64,000 nt of DNA from an uncultured Bacteroidales bacterium (GCA_902491795.1 CABUIX010000001.1:24054-88053), one strand, 5' to 3'; numbered from the stretch's first letter, positions 52,859-62,707 are shown. Translations and numbers: made by a program. Notes: generated from the letters alone by a model not told the origin.

Positions 52859-54115
52859 ATGGCAGAAGACAATACAATGGACCGGATGTTGGATTCGATA
52901 ACACCGGTGAACTGGGCCGCTTCCGACGAGATAATCAAGGTTCTCGGTGTCGGAGGAGGAGGCTGCAATGCAGTCAACTACATGTTCAGCAAGGGCATAA
53001 AGGGCTGCAGTTTCGTGGTGTGCAACACTGACTCTCAGGCCCTCAAATGCAGTCCCGTTCCCACACAGATCCAGATGGGCCGCGGGCTGGGAGCCGGGAC
53101 CAACCCGATCAACGGCCGCAACGCCGCAATCGAAAGCCAGGACCAGATAGAAAAGATCGTGCTGGACACCAACACCAAGATGCTGTTCATCACGGCCGGC
53201 ATGGGAGGAGGCACAGGTACCGGAGCTGCCCCCGTGATTGCCAAGATGGCAAAGGAAAAAGGCATACTGACCGTTGCGGTGGTAACACTCCCCTTCCTCA
53301 ATGAGGGCAACGATTCCCTGTCCCGCGCCATTGACGGAATACACGAGCTGGAGAAGAACGTCGACAGCCTGCTGCTCATAAACAACGAGAAGCTGCACGA
53401 ATATTACGGCAACCAGCTGATCCAGGACGCCTTCCCCAAGGCCAACGAGGTCCTGGCGACGGCAGTGCGCGGCATAATCGAAATCATAAAGAAACCGGGA
53501 TACATCAACGTGGACTTCAAGGATGTCGAAGCGATGATGCGCAACAGCGGAATGGCCCTTATGGGCAGCGGCGAAGGCAGCGGCCCGAACCGTATCGAAG
53601 ATGCCGTGAAGGCTGCCTTTGAATCCCCTCTGCTCAACGACTTCGACCTCAAGTCAGCCAAGAAGGTACTGATCAACATAACCTGCGGCCACAACGAAAA
53701 AGGCCTCACCATGGATGACCTGAAGGAAATCAACCAGAAGATTGACGAATATACCGACAAGGCGAACAATTTCAAGCGCGGCCTTATCTGGGACGACGAC
53801 CCCGGAATCGGTGATACCATAAGGATCACCTCTATCGTCACCGGGCTCCGCTTCTCCGACGTGATCGGACCAGCCCGTGACATAGGCAACTACATAATGA
53901 TCAACCGCAACTTCGTGTACGACAAGACGGAGGCCGCCCGCGGCGACGGCATTTCCCTCTATGAGGATGTCGGTTCGCAGCAGATCGGATACAACACGAA
54001 GAGCAACGTACGCTCGTTCAGCTTCGATCCGGAAGAGAAGCCCTGCCTGGCAGTAGGCCCCGGAGAAAGCATTTCAGATCTCGAGAACATACCGGCCATC
54101 CGCAGGACTAAGTGA
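52859..54115 (+). CDS. ftsZ: Cell division GTPase FtsZ
   Basis: Tubulin signature GGGTGTGAAPVIA. Also GVGGGGCNAVN and NVDFKDV. Confidence 0.95.
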   Translation: MAEDNTMDRMLDSITPVNWAASDEIIKVLGVGGGGCNAVNYMFSKGIKGCSFVVCNTDSQALKCSPVPTQIQMGRGLGAGTNPINGRNAAIESQDQIEKIVLDTNTKMLFITAGMGGGTGTGAAPVIAKMAKEKGILTVAVVTLPFLNEGNDSLSRAIDGIHELEKNVDSLLLINNEKLHEYYGNQLIQDAFPKANEVLATAVRGIIEIIKKPGYINVDFKDVEAMMRNSGMALMGSGEGSGPNRIEDAVKAAFESPLLNDFDLKSAKKVLINITCGHNEKGLTMDDLKEINQKIDEYTDKANNFKRGLIWDDDPGIGDTIRITSIVTGLRFSDVIGPARDIGNYIMINRNFVYDKTEAARGDGISLYEDVGSQQIGYNTKSNVRSFSFDPEEKPCLAVGPGESISDLENIPAIRRTK

Positions 54116-54169
54116 ACGGCACAAGAGGCCATAACTTCCGCCGCTGGTACACTTGTTTGAAAATTTCTG

Positions 54170-54177
54170 TATTTTTG
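54170..54177 (+). promoter_or_regulatory. Bacteroidetes-type -7 promoter box for gltX
   Basis: TATTTTTG is an exact TAnnTTTG match, 21 nt upstream of the ATG at 54198. Confidence 0.45.
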
Positions 54178-54197
54178 CCGGACTTGGATTCATTGAC

Positions 54198-55829
54198 ATG
54201 AGAAGGACAAGAGTAAGATTCGCACCGTCACCGACGGGACCGCTTCATATCGGCGGAGTACGTACCGCCCTTTACAACTACCTCTACGCCAAACAGCATG
54301 GAGGAGACTTCATCCTGAGAATCGAGGACACCGATTCAAACCGCTTCGTTCCCGGAGCGGAGCAATATATAATCGAAGCCCTCAACTGGTGCGGGATTAT
54401 CCCGGACGAGGGTGTCGACGAGCAGGGCCACATAGTGGAGACAGCCTCTCCGAAACATCCGCATGCGCCCTACCGGCAAAGCCAGAGACGCAGCATCTAC
54501 CGCAAGTATGCCGAACAGCTCGTGGCTTCCGGAAACGCATACTATGCCTTTGATTCCGCCGATGACCTTGAGCTTATGCGGTCAAGGGTGGAGAATGCGG
54601 GAGGCACCTTCATCTACAACTACAGCACACGCGGGAAGATGAGCAATTCGCTGACTCTCGACGAGCAGACCACAAAGAAGATGCTCGCGGAACGTGACGA
54701 CTGGACTATCAGGTTCAAGATGCCCGAAGACCGCACGGTCAAGATGGAGGACCTTATACGCGGACACATTGAGGTAAACACCTCGACACTCGACGACAAG
54801 GTTCTGTGGAAACGCGCCGACGAACTTCCCACATATCACCTCGCCAACATAGTCGATGACCATCTTATGGAAATCACTGAGGTGATACGCGGAGAGGAGT
54901 GGCTTCCTTCCCTGCCGCTGCACTGGCTGCTGTACGAAGCCTTCGGGTGGACAGACACAATGCCACGCTTCGCACATCTTCCGCTGCTGCTCAAGCCTGT
55001 CGGGAACGGAAAGCTCAGCAAGAGGGACGGGGACAAGATGGGATTCCCGGTATTCCCGCTGGAATGGACATCAGCCGACGGAGAAAAGAGCCACGGCTAC
55101 AGGGAAGACGGATATTTCCCCGACGCTTTCATCAACATGCTCGCGATGCTCGGATGGAATCCCGGAACAGAGCAGGAGATTTTCTCGATGAAGGAACTCA
55201 TTGAGGCTTTCTCTCTTGAGAAAGTAGGAAAGTCAGGGGCAAAGTTCAACCCCGAGAAAGCCCGCTGGTACAACAGGGAATACCTTCGGATGCGCTCCAA
55301 CTCCGAACTTGCGGAGCTGTTCATGCCCATTCTTGAGAAAAAAGGCATCAAGGCAGAGCCGATGTTTGTCGAGAACGTCGTTGGACTGGTCAAGGAGAGA
55401 GCCACCTTCGTGTCAGACTTCTGGACGATAGCGTCCTGTCTCTTCGTTGCACCCGAAGACTATTCCAAGTACGGAATCAAGGCCGGGGCGGCATCGGAGA
55501 AGCCGGCAGACCCGAACCGTCCTGCCGATCCCAGGGCCAAGGTATACGATGATGCAGCCACGGCTCCCTTCCTCGCGAAAGATGTGGACAAATTCTGGAA
55601 GGAAGAATACAGGGATGCCGCAAAAGACGCACTCGAGCATTGTGAGGCAGACGGCATCGAAGAATACATCAGAAGCAAGGGTCTCCCTCTCGGGAAGGTG
55701 ATGAACTGCCTGAGGCTCGCGCTGACAGGCGCGTCAAGCGGCCTGGGGATAGCCGACATCGTTACCTTCATCGGCAAACAGGAGGCACTTGACAGGCTGG
55801 AATTTGCAGCAGAAAGGCTCGGAAAATGA
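54198..55829 (+). CDS. gltX: Glutamate--tRNA ligase
   Basis: ATG at 54198 (MRRTRVRFAPSPTGPLHIGGVRTALYNY, HIGH motif). KLSKR (KMSKS-type) motif. Class I catalytic core. The C-terminal domain carries an extra Pro/Ala-rich segment (see findings). Confidence 0.92.
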   Translation: MRRTRVRFAPSPTGPLHIGGVRTALYNYLYAKQHGGDFILRIEDTDSNRFVPGAEQYIIEALNWCGIIPDEGVDEQGHIVETASPKHPHAPYRQSQRRSIYRKYAEQLVASGNAYYAFDSADDLELMRSRVENAGGTFIYNYSTRGKMSNSLTLDEQTTKKMLAERDDWTIRFKMPEDRTVKMEDLIRGHIEVNTSTLDDKVLWKRADELPTYHLANIVDDHLMEITEVIRGEEWLPSLPLHWLLYEAFGWTDTMPRFAHLPLLLKPVGNGKLSKRDGDKMGFPVFPLEWTSADGEKSHGYREDGYFPDAFINMLAMLGWNPGTEQEIFSMKELIEAFSLEKVGKSGAKFNPEKARWYNREYLRMRSNSELAELFMPILEKKGIKAEPMFVENVVGLVKERATFVSDFWTIASCLFVAPEDYSKYGIKAGAASEKPADPNRPADPRAKVYDDAATAPFLAKDVDKFWKEEYRDAAKDALEHCEADGIEEYIRSKGLPLGKVMNCLRLALTGASSGLGIADIVTFIGKQEALDRLEFAAERLGK

Positions 55830-55933
55830 AATTTCCGATCTATGATTGCCAAATTGCCGCTGTTGGCACAGATTTGGCATTGTCAATTTTCGAATAGTTT
55901 TTTCATAGGTTTAATTTTAGGTTAGAATTGCCG

Positions 55934-55969
55934 TTACGACCCGATGGGATATCGGGTCGTAATTTTTTT
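55934..55969 (+). terminator. Rho-independent terminator after gltX, abutting the convergent truB stop
   Basis: ttacgacccgat-gggat-atcgggtcgtaa is a perfect 12-bp stem followed by a T7 run (55963-55969). The truB stop codon (55968-55970, minus strand) overlaps the T run. Confidence 0.8.
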
Positions 55970-56822
55970 ATTCCTTCACCCCTGCACCGAACATGGAAAG
56001 GGCCTCCTCAAGACTCAGGGCCTCCTCAATGCCGAAGCCTCCGTTGCGCGTGCGCCGCAGGCTGCTCAGGAAGGCTCCGCTTCCGAGCGCCTCGCCGAGA
56101 TCCCTTGCAAGTGAGCGGATATATGTTCCCTTGCTGCAGGAAACCCTCAACATGGCTGTCGGAAGGGATATCCCGCTGACATCCGCCACCTTGATTTTCC
56201 TGTCCTGGGAATCAAATTCCGGAACGATTGCCGAAAGCAGCTGCGACTCCGCCCAGGACAACAGTTCCAGATCGTAAATGTTGATCAGGGATGCCCTTAT
56301 CACGCCTTCAGCATCGGCCTTCTTGCCCTCCCGGTAAAGCCGGCGGGCCATCTCGTAAGCCCGGACACCATCAACCGACTTGGCACTGAAGAGAGGGGCG
56401 ACCTGATATTGCTCCCCGACAAAAGAAGGAAGAATTTTCCGCAGCGAAGACTCGGACACGCCTTCAAGCGGCAACCCGCCCTGAACCTCTTTCTCAAGGT
56501 CATACGAGGCAGTGACGGCGCCGAAACTGACACCGGCGACATATTCTTTTGCGGAAGCCTGGAGTTCTTCGGCCCTGCGTGTAGCCGGCCCGATGCAGAC
56601 CAGCAGAATACCGGTGGCAAGCGGGTCCAGCGTTCCGGCATGGCCCACCTTGAGATTCTTCTTCCCGAAATGCCTTTTTGCCGCGAACTTGATCTTTCGG
56701 ACAAGATCCGCCGAAGTCCAGCGCCAAGGTTTGTCTACAGGAAGAATGATTCCTTCGGGATAATCCGCTATGTCAGTGGAGAGCAATCTTGTCAATTCTG
56801 CGCTGATGCCGTCCTCCGGCAA
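55968..56822 (-). CDS. truB: tRNA pseudouridine(55) synthase
   Basis: ILPVDKPWRWTSADLVRKIK and the catalytic motif GHAGTLDPLATGILLVCIG. The start is uncertain: the ATG at 56822 overlaps rpiB by 50 nt, so a downstream alternative start is possible. Confidence 0.88.
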   Translation of the reverse strand: MPEDGISAELTRLLSTDIADYPEGIILPVDKPWRWTSADLVRKIKFAAKRHFGKKNLKVGHAGTLDPLATGILLVCIGPATRRAEELQASAKEYVAGVSFGAVTASYDLEKEVQGGLPLEGVSESSLRKILPSFVGEQYQVAPLFSAKSVDGVRAYEMARRLYREGKKADAEGVIRASLINIYDLELLSWAESQLLSAIVPEFDSQDRKIKVADVSGISLPTAMLRVSCSKGTYIRSLARDLGEALGSGAFLSSLRRTRNGGFGIEEALSLEEALSMFGAGVKE

Positions 56823-57204
56823 ATTTGGTTTCCATCCATGCCCTGACCATCATGACGGCCATGCGGTACGACACGAAGCGTGCCGGCATGACCAGTACAT
56901 TCGCGTCGTTGTGTTCCTTCGTCAGCCTTGCGACCTCGACATTCCATGCAAGGCAGGCCCTGACGGAAGGATGGCGGTTCAATGTCATCACCATTCCGTT
57001 CCCTGTACCGCACAATGCTATTCCCGCATCGACCTCTCCCTTGTCAAGAGCCGCACCGAGCAGATGGGCATAGTCAGGATAATCACAACTTTCGGGAGAA
57101 TCAGTACCGAAATTCACGACCTCGTGCCCCTTGCCCAGCAAGTAGGCTATAAGCCTGGTCTTGTACTCAAGGCCGGCATGGTCACTGCAAATTCCTATCT
57201 TCAT
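56773..57204 (-). CDS. rpiB: Ribose-5-phosphate isomerase B (RpiB/LacA/LacB family)
   Basis: MKIGICSDHAGLEYK..., CGTGNGM and RHQRRIDKI. 143 aa. Confidence 0.9.
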   Translation of the reverse strand: MKIGICSDHAGLEYKTRLIAYLLGKGHEVVNFGTDSPESCDYPDYAHLLGAALDKGEVDAGIALCGTGNGMVMTLNRHPSVRACLAWNVEVARLTKEHNDANVLVMPARFVSYRMAVMMVRAWMETKFAGGRHQRRIDKIALH

Positions 57205-57213
57205 AACAAAAAA

Positions 57214-58401
57214 TCATTTTAGTCTTTCCATTTCGAGCGAAGCCCAGATGAACGGTCCCACGCCCTTTGAATCATTGGGCCGCACGGGCTCGCTCAGATA
57301 ATAGGCATAATCGCCCATGCGGTTGTCAGACCCGCCAAGTCCCCCGACGGCACAGCACTTCTCCAGGCTTATCCTCCCCTGCTCATCGGTGGAAATGAAC
57401 TCATCGACTACATCCTGATAGACCTGTTTTGCATACGGAAGCAGATCCGCATCAAGATATCCCAAGCGAACGCCCTTGAGAAAAACATAGCTGAACATCG
57501 TGGAGCAGGTCGCTTCAAGATAGTTCCCCTCACGTCCAGGCTGGTCAAGCACCTGATACCACACTCCGCTCTCAGGGTCAGCCCATTTCGGAAGCTCGGC
57601 GCATATTTCCCTGAGTTTGCCCACCAGGACCGTGCGTCCTTCAAAATCTTCCGGGAGCCAGTCCAGCACATCGACGATGGCCATGCAGTACCAGCCAAGA
57701 GCACGCCCCCAGCAATGCTGGGACTGACCGGTCTGAGGATCACACCAGAACATGCTGCGGGATTCATCCCATGCATGGCGGTACAATTTCGTCACAGGAT
57801 CATAAGTGTGCTCGGCAGCCACGACAAATTCGTTGACAATCTCCCTGTAGGCCTCGAGCTGCTCCTCGCCCTCAAGATAGCGCGAGGCATACTCTGCATA
57901 AAACGGGGTGGCCATGTACACGCCGTCGAGCCATACCTGGTGAGGATATATCTGCTTGTGCCAGAACGCGCCTTCGGAAGTCCTGGGCTGACCGTCTATC
58001 TGCGTCTTGAGCAGTTCAGCCGCCTTGCGGTACTTCTCGTTGCCGGTCTTGTCGTAGAAATAGAACAGCGATCTTCCAGGGCAAATCAGATCGACGTTGT
58101 ACTTGTCGACAGAATATGTCTTTATCGTCCCGTCATCATTCACGGCAGCATCGTACCACGCTTCCACGTAGTCATATATGTCCTGTCCGCCGTATGTCTC
58201 GTAGACGTCGAGAAAAGCCTTGAGCTCCAGACCCGGAGTGTAACTCCACTTGAGTTTCCCCTCAGCATAGTCAAGCCAGGTGGCATCGGGGCAACGGGAC
58301 ATCTGGGACTCCACCATCCTTACCGACATCGGGACAGGTTTCTTCTCAGCACAGGAGACCAGGGCAGCAACTGCTGCAATTGCGAGGACCAGCTTCTTCA
58401 T
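57214..58401 (-). CDS. GH88/GH105-family unsaturated (rhamno)galacturonyl/glucuronyl hydrolase lipoprotein
   Basis: Lipobox ALVSC. (alpha/alpha)6 signatures: WSYTPGLELKAF, FWHKQIYPHQVWLDGVYMATPFYAEY, HAWDESR, CWGRALGWYCMA. The pectin-gene context favours GH105. Confidence 0.8.
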   Translation of the reverse strand: MKKLVLAIAAVAALVSCAEKKPVPMSVRMVESQMSRCPDATWLDYAEGKLKWSYTPGLELKAFLDVYETYGGQDIYDYVEAWYDAAVNDDGTIKTYSVDKYNVDLICPGRSLFYFYDKTGNEKYRKAAELLKTQIDGQPRTSEGAFWHKQIYPHQVWLDGVYMATPFYAEYASRYLEGEEQLEAYREIVNEFVVAAEHTYDPVTKLYRHAWDESRSMFWCDPQTGQSQHCWGRALGWYCMAIVDVLDWLPEDFEGRTVLVGKLREICAELPKWADPESGVWYQVLDQPGREGNYLEATCSTMFSYVFLKGVRLGYLDADLLPYAKQVYQDVVDEFISTDEQGRISLEKCCAVGGLGGSDNRMGDYAYYLSEPVRPNDSKGVGPFIWASLEMERLK

Positions 58402-58408
58402 GATTCTA

Positions 58409-59941
58409 CTAAATGTTGGTGAAATTCCTTACTTTCCATGTTCTCACCGGCTCACCCTCCTCCGGATAGCATTTCACGTTCTCGAGGGTGATGTCCTGCG
58501 AGTTCCGGATGTCTATGCCTGTCTCCGCCGTGATTGTGCAGTTCTTTATGTTGACGTTCGTCACGGGCATTTCAGGCAACCCGTTGAACAGCATTGCCCT
58601 CTTCGCCCCGTTGCAGTAGATGTCCGAAATGTAGATGTCCCTGAACTCGGGAGTCGTCTCGTCAACGGGAATCCCGACCGCCTTTTCGGAAGCGGCCTCG
58701 TCTCCTGCTGACTCTGTAGCAGCCTTGCCGCCGTAGAACAGGTCAAACAGCACAGCATCCGCAATGATGTCCTTCATGTAGATGTCGCTGATGTAGATGT
58801 TCTTCACGACTCCTCCCCTGCCGCGGGTGCTCTTGAAGCGCAGTCCGACGTCGGTTCCCAGGAACCTGCAGTTGGATACCTTGACGTTCTCCACTCCGCC
58901 GCTCATCTCGCTTCCAACGGTAAATCCGCCGTGGCCGTGGTACACTGTGCAGTTGTCGATGATAAGGTTCCTGCACGGCCTGCCGCGGCGCCTGCCGTCC
59001 TCGTCCTTTCCGGACTTGACGCATATTCCGTCATCCCCCGCGTCAAAGGTCGAATTCACGACGAGCACATTTTCGCAGCTGTCAATGTCAATGCCGTCGC
59101 CGTTCTGCGACCAGTAGGGGTTGCGTATGTTGACCTTGTTGACAATCACGTTGCGGCACATCAGGGGATGGACGTTCCAGCACGGTGAATTCTGGAAAGT
59201 GCATCCTTCGAGAAGCACGTTCTCACAATTCCTCAGTGACACGAGGTTGGGGCGCAGGAAACTCTTTATCTCGTTCCACTCGGCCTCGCTCAGATTTCCC
59301 TTGGGCACATTCATCTCGCTGATTCTCGTTCCCTTCACGAACCCCTCGTCAGGATACCAAAGCCTGTTGTCGACAACGACGCCGCCGGAGGCCACGAGCT
59401 TTGTCCACTCGCTTGCCGTCAGCTTGTCGCGCTTGACCATTCTCCAGGCCTCCCCGCTGCCGTCAATGACACCGGAACCTGTAATGGAGATGTTCTTTGC
59501 ACCATCAGCATGAATCGGGGACTCGCACCTTCTGGTGTCGAGGCCCTCAAAAACCGTTTCGACTATGGGATAGAGATTGCGGTCTGGGTCAAAAATTATT
59601 ATCGCATTGGCCGTCACGTTCAGATCGCAGTTGCTCAGAAGCTCAATCGGCCCCGTGAGCCATATTCCCGACGGGACAACCAGATGCCCGCCGCCCTCGG
59701 CGCTGAGATGCTCCATCGCGGTCCTGAAGGCATCCGTATTAAGCGTGACACCGTCGCCCACACCGCCGAAATCCGCCACGCTCACGCTGTAGTCCGGTAT
59801 GGCAGGCCTTTCCACCTTAGGCATTTCAAACGGAAGGTTTTCGTACAGGCTGTCAAATTCTCCCTTGTCCGTGGACCGGCAGGATTGCAGTGCAATGGCT
59901 GCAAGCGCCACCGACGCGACCGTGATCAGCATATGTTTCAT
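58409..59941 (-). CDS. GH28 polygalacturonase / exo-poly-alpha-galacturonosidase lipoprotein
   Basis: Lipobox ALQSC. FGGVGDGVTLNTDAF plus the four GH28 signature blocks: QNGDGIDIDSC, GDDGICVKSG, GHGGFTVGSE, GLRFKS. Confidence 0.9.
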   Translation of the reverse strand: MKHMLITVASVALAAIALQSCRSTDKGEFDSLYENLPFEMPKVERPAIPDYSVSVADFGGVGDGVTLNTDAFRTAMEHLSAEGGGHLVVPSGIWLTGPIELLSNCDLNVTANAIIIFDPDRNLYPIVETVFEGLDTRRCESPIHADGAKNISITGSGVIDGSGEAWRMVKRDKLTASEWTKLVASGGVVVDNRLWYPDEGFVKGTRISEMNVPKGNLSEAEWNEIKSFLRPNLVSLRNCENVLLEGCTFQNSPCWNVHPLMCRNVIVNKVNIRNPYWSQNGDGIDIDSCENVLVVNSTFDAGDDGICVKSGKDEDGRRRGRPCRNLIIDNCTVYHGHGGFTVGSEMSGGVENVKVSNCRFLGTDVGLRFKSTRGRGGVVKNIYISDIYMKDIIADAVLFDLFYGGKAATESAGDEAASEKAVGIPVDETTPEFRDIYISDIYCNGAKRAMLFNGLPEMPVTNVNIKNCTITAETGIDIRNSQDITLENVKCYPEEGEPVRTWKVRNFTNI

Positions 59942-59969
59942 TTTGATAGAATATATTGGTTGCAGTTGA

Positions 59970-59977
59970 CAAATTTA
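59970..59977 (-). promoter_or_regulatory. -7 box for the GH28 operon (minus strand)
   Basis: Plus-strand CAAATTTA is TAAATTTG on the minus strand, 29 nt upstream of the start at 59941. Confidence 0.45.
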
Positions 59978-60024
59978 GCCATTTTTCTCTGATTATTATA
60001 TTTTTCATTCATGCCAAAAATTGC

Positions 60025-60032
60025 TAAATTTG
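60025..60032 (+). promoter_or_regulatory. -7 box for the kduD-like/kduI operon
   Basis: TAAATTTG is an exact consensus match, 49 nt upstream of the ATG at 60081. It is the same octamer as the divergent promoter. Confidence 0.45.
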
Positions 60033-60080
60033 CAGGCTGGATGAACTATTGTATTTGGACCCTTTAATTTCTAATATCTT

Positions 60081-60884
60081 ATGACCAATCTTTTTTCACT
60101 TGAAGGCAAGAACGCCTGGATTACAGGCGCTTCCTACGGCATCGGATTCAACATTGCAAAGGCATTCGCCGCTGCCGGAATCAAGACAATCGTATTCAAC
60201 GACATCAACGAGGACCTCGTCAAGAGAGGACTCGACAGCTACAAGGAAGCAGGAATCTCCAATGTAAAGGGATATGTCTGCGACGTTACAAAGGAAGATG
60301 ACGTCAAGGCTCTCGTGGAGAGAATCCACAAGGAGGTCGGCAACATCGACATTCTCGTGAACAACGCCGGAATCATCAAGCGCATCCCCATGCATGAAAT
60401 GACACGCGCACAGTTCCAGCAGGTAATCGACATTGACCTTGTCGGACCTTTCATCGTTTCATCCGCAGTCCTGCCCGAAATGATGGAGCGCCACGAGGGA
60501 AAGATCATCAACATGTGCTCAATGATGTCCGAACTCGGACGCGAGACCGTTTCAGCCTACGCTGCAGCCAAGGGAGGACTCAAGATGCTCACCCGCAACA
60601 TCTGCGCTGAATACGCATCATACGGCATCAACTGCAACGCCATAGGACCCGGCTACATCGCAACTCCCCAGACTGCTCCCCTGCGCGAGATCCAGCCTGA
60701 CGGAAGCCGTCATCCTTTCGACCAGTTCATCGTCAGCCGCACTCCTGCCGGACGCTGGCTTGATCCTTCCGAACTCGGCGGCCCTGCAGTGTTCCTCGCT
60801 TCACACGCATCAGATGCAGTGAACGGACACGTGCTTTATGTTGACGGCGGTATCCTCGCCTACATCGGCAAGCAGCCCAAATAG
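60081..60884 (+). CDS. kduD: SDR-family oxidoreductase, gluconate 5-dehydrogenase / KduD-like (2-dehydro-3-deoxy-D-gluconate 5-dehydrogenase function likely)
   Basis: TGASYGIG cofactor motif, NNAG and the YAAAK catalytic motif. It is adjacent to kduI. Confidence 0.75.
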   Translation: MTNLFSLEGKNAWITGASYGIGFNIAKAFAAAGIKTIVFNDINEDLVKRGLDSYKEAGISNVKGYVCDVTKEDDVKALVERIHKEVGNIDILVNNAGIIKRIPMHEMTRAQFQQVIDIDLVGPFIVSSAVLPEMMERHEGKIINMCSMMSELGRETVSAYAAAKGGLKMLTRNICAEYASYGINCNAIGPGYIATPQTAPLREIQPDGSRHPFDQFIVSRTPAGRWLDPSELGGPAVFLASHASDAVNGHVLYVDGGILAYIGKQPK

Positions 60885-60893
60885 TTTCCGGTC

Positions 60894-61736
60894 ATGAAAA
60901 TCAACTGCGAAGTACGCCAGGCATCAAGCAACCTGGACGCAAAACATTACGACACCGCCCGCATCCGCCAGGAATACCTGGTTGAGAAGGTGATGGCCCC
61001 CGACGAGATCAACATGGTATACTCCATGTTTGACCGCATCATTGCCGGAGGCGCAGTTCCCGTAAAGGAAGAGCTGCTGCTCAGCGCTCCCGACATCCTT
61101 CGCGCCGAATGGTTCACCCAGCGCCGCGAACTCGGAATCATCAATGTAGGCGGATCCGGCAGCGTACTTGTAGGCGACGAGGAATATCACCTCGACTACA
61201 AGGAGGCCCTCTATGTTGGACGCGGCAACCGCCACGTGACCTTCAGGAGCGACTCTGCCGACAAGCCTGCACACTTCTATTTCTGCTCAGCCACCGCACA
61301 CCGCGAGACCGGGGTCAAGAAGGTGACCAAGAAGGACGCTGTCGTCATGAACCTCGGCTCGCTCGAGGAGTCAAACGAGCGCACCATCAACCGCCTTCTC
61401 GTCAAGGAAGTAGTGCCCAGCTGCCAGCTCCAGATGGGAATGACCGAGCTCAAGCCGGGCAGCACCTGGAACACCATGCCGGCACACACCCACAACCGCA
61501 GGATGGAAGTATATTTCTACTTCGAACTTCCCGAGGATGCTGCTGTCTGCCACTTCATGGGAGAGCCCCAGGAGACACGCCACATCTGGATGCACAACGA
61601 GCAGGCAGTCATCTCGCCGCAGTGGAGCATACACTCCGCCTGCGCAACCCGCAACTACACCTTCATCTGGGGCATGTGCGGAGAGAACGATGACTACAAC
61701 GACATGGACGGGTGCGAAACAAAAGACCTCAGGTAA
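60894..61736 (+). CDS. kduI: 5-dehydro-4-deoxy-D-glucuronate isomerase
   Basis: 280 aa cupin. EVRQASSNLDAKHYDTARIRQEYL, DRIIAGGAVP, and TWNTMPAHTHNRRMEVYFYF (metal His cluster). Confidence 0.9.
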   Translation: MKINCEVRQASSNLDAKHYDTARIRQEYLVEKVMAPDEINMVYSMFDRIIAGGAVPVKEELLLSAPDILRAEWFTQRRELGIINVGGSGSVLVGDEEYHLDYKEALYVGRGNRHVTFRSDSADKPAHFYFCSATAHRETGVKKVTKKDAVVMNLGSLEESNERTINRLLVKEVVPSCQLQMGMTELKPGSTWNTMPAHTHNRRMEVYFYFELPEDAAVCHFMGEPQETRHIWMHNEQAVISPQWSIHSACATRNYTFIWGMCGENDDYNDMDGCETKDLR

Positions 61737-62596
61737 TGAAAAAGTCCATAGTCATTGCAGCCGCCCTGCTGGCACTCACCGCCTGCGCTCCCAAGACTGA
61801 GGAGCAGAAGGTGATGGCCCGTGCGGTGCCCGAACGCGCCGATGATTTCGTGTTCGAGAACAACCTGATTGCAGGCCGCATCTACGGAAAGGCCCTGGAA
61901 GGAAATCCTACGGCTCCAGGCATTGACATCTGGGCCAAGATGCCCGGAAAACTCGTTGCAGACGAGTGGTACGCAGCCGCCCAGCAGGATCCCAACTACT
62001 ACCACCACAACCATGGTGAAGGAAAGGACTGCTACAAGGTTGCCGTGAGCCTCGGAGGTGGAGCATCAGTTCCCGTTGTCGACGGGCAGCTCTGCTACCC
62101 TGCAACGAACTGGCGCTCATACGAGATCCTGAAGCAGACACCGGACACTGTCATTTTCGTGCTGAGCTATCCCGAATGGAAAGCCGGCGACGTCAGCGTT
62201 TCGCTTGACAAGAAAATCACAGTCACGGCTGACAGCCATTTCTGCAAGGTGGAGGACAGCTACAGTTTCAGCGGGGCAGACAGCCTCACCGTTGCTGCCG
62301 GAATCTTCCGCCATCCCGAACAGGAGACAATCGAGCAGGAGGACAAGGCAGGTGACCGCTACGCAATTTGGGAGCATGCCTCAGACCAGAGCATCGAGCC
62401 GGAAGACGGAATGCTCGGCGTCGCAGTCTACGCTCCCGGAAGCAGCGTCAGCATAACCGGGGACGGGACCCACGGACTCTGCTCACGCAGCATAAAGCCA
62501 GGTGAGACCTTCACCTATTGGTTCGGCTCATGCTGGTCAAAGGCCGACATCAAGACAGCCGAAGACTGGTTTGCACTGGTCGACAGCCTGAAATAA
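61736..62596 (+). CDS. DUF4861-like lipoprotein commonly linked to kduI/kduD in Bacteroidetes
   Basis: ATG at 61736, overlapping the kduI stop (TAATG). Lipobox ALTAC. ERADDFVFENNLIAGRIYG...GIDIWAKMPGKLV matches my recollection of DUF4861. Confidence 0.55.
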   Translation: MKKSIVIAAALLALTACAPKTEEQKVMARAVPERADDFVFENNLIAGRIYGKALEGNPTAPGIDIWAKMPGKLVADEWYAAAQQDPNYYHHNHGEGKDCYKVAVSLGGGASVPVVDGQLCYPATNWRSYEILKQTPDTVIFVLSYPEWKAGDVSVSLDKKITVTADSHFCKVEDSYSFSGADSLTVAAGIFRHPEQETIEQEDKAGDRYAIWEHASDQSIEPEDGMLGVAVYAPGSSVSITGDGTHGLCSRSIKPGETFTYWFGSCWSKADIKTAEDWFALVDSLK

Positions 62597-62622
62597 TTCC
62601 GGCAACGACCGAAAAAGATACG

Positions 62623-62662
62623 CAGGCCAGCGGGAACCGGTTTCCCGCTGGCCTGTTTTATT
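62623..62662 (+). terminator. Rho-independent terminator after the kdu operon
   Basis: caggccagcgggaa-ccggt-ttcccgctggcctg is a 14-bp stem followed by ttttatt. Confidence 0.85.
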
Positions 62663-62707
62663 ATGATTGTCACAGGCCTTCTTGCAACATTAAACGAACA
62701 AAATCAG

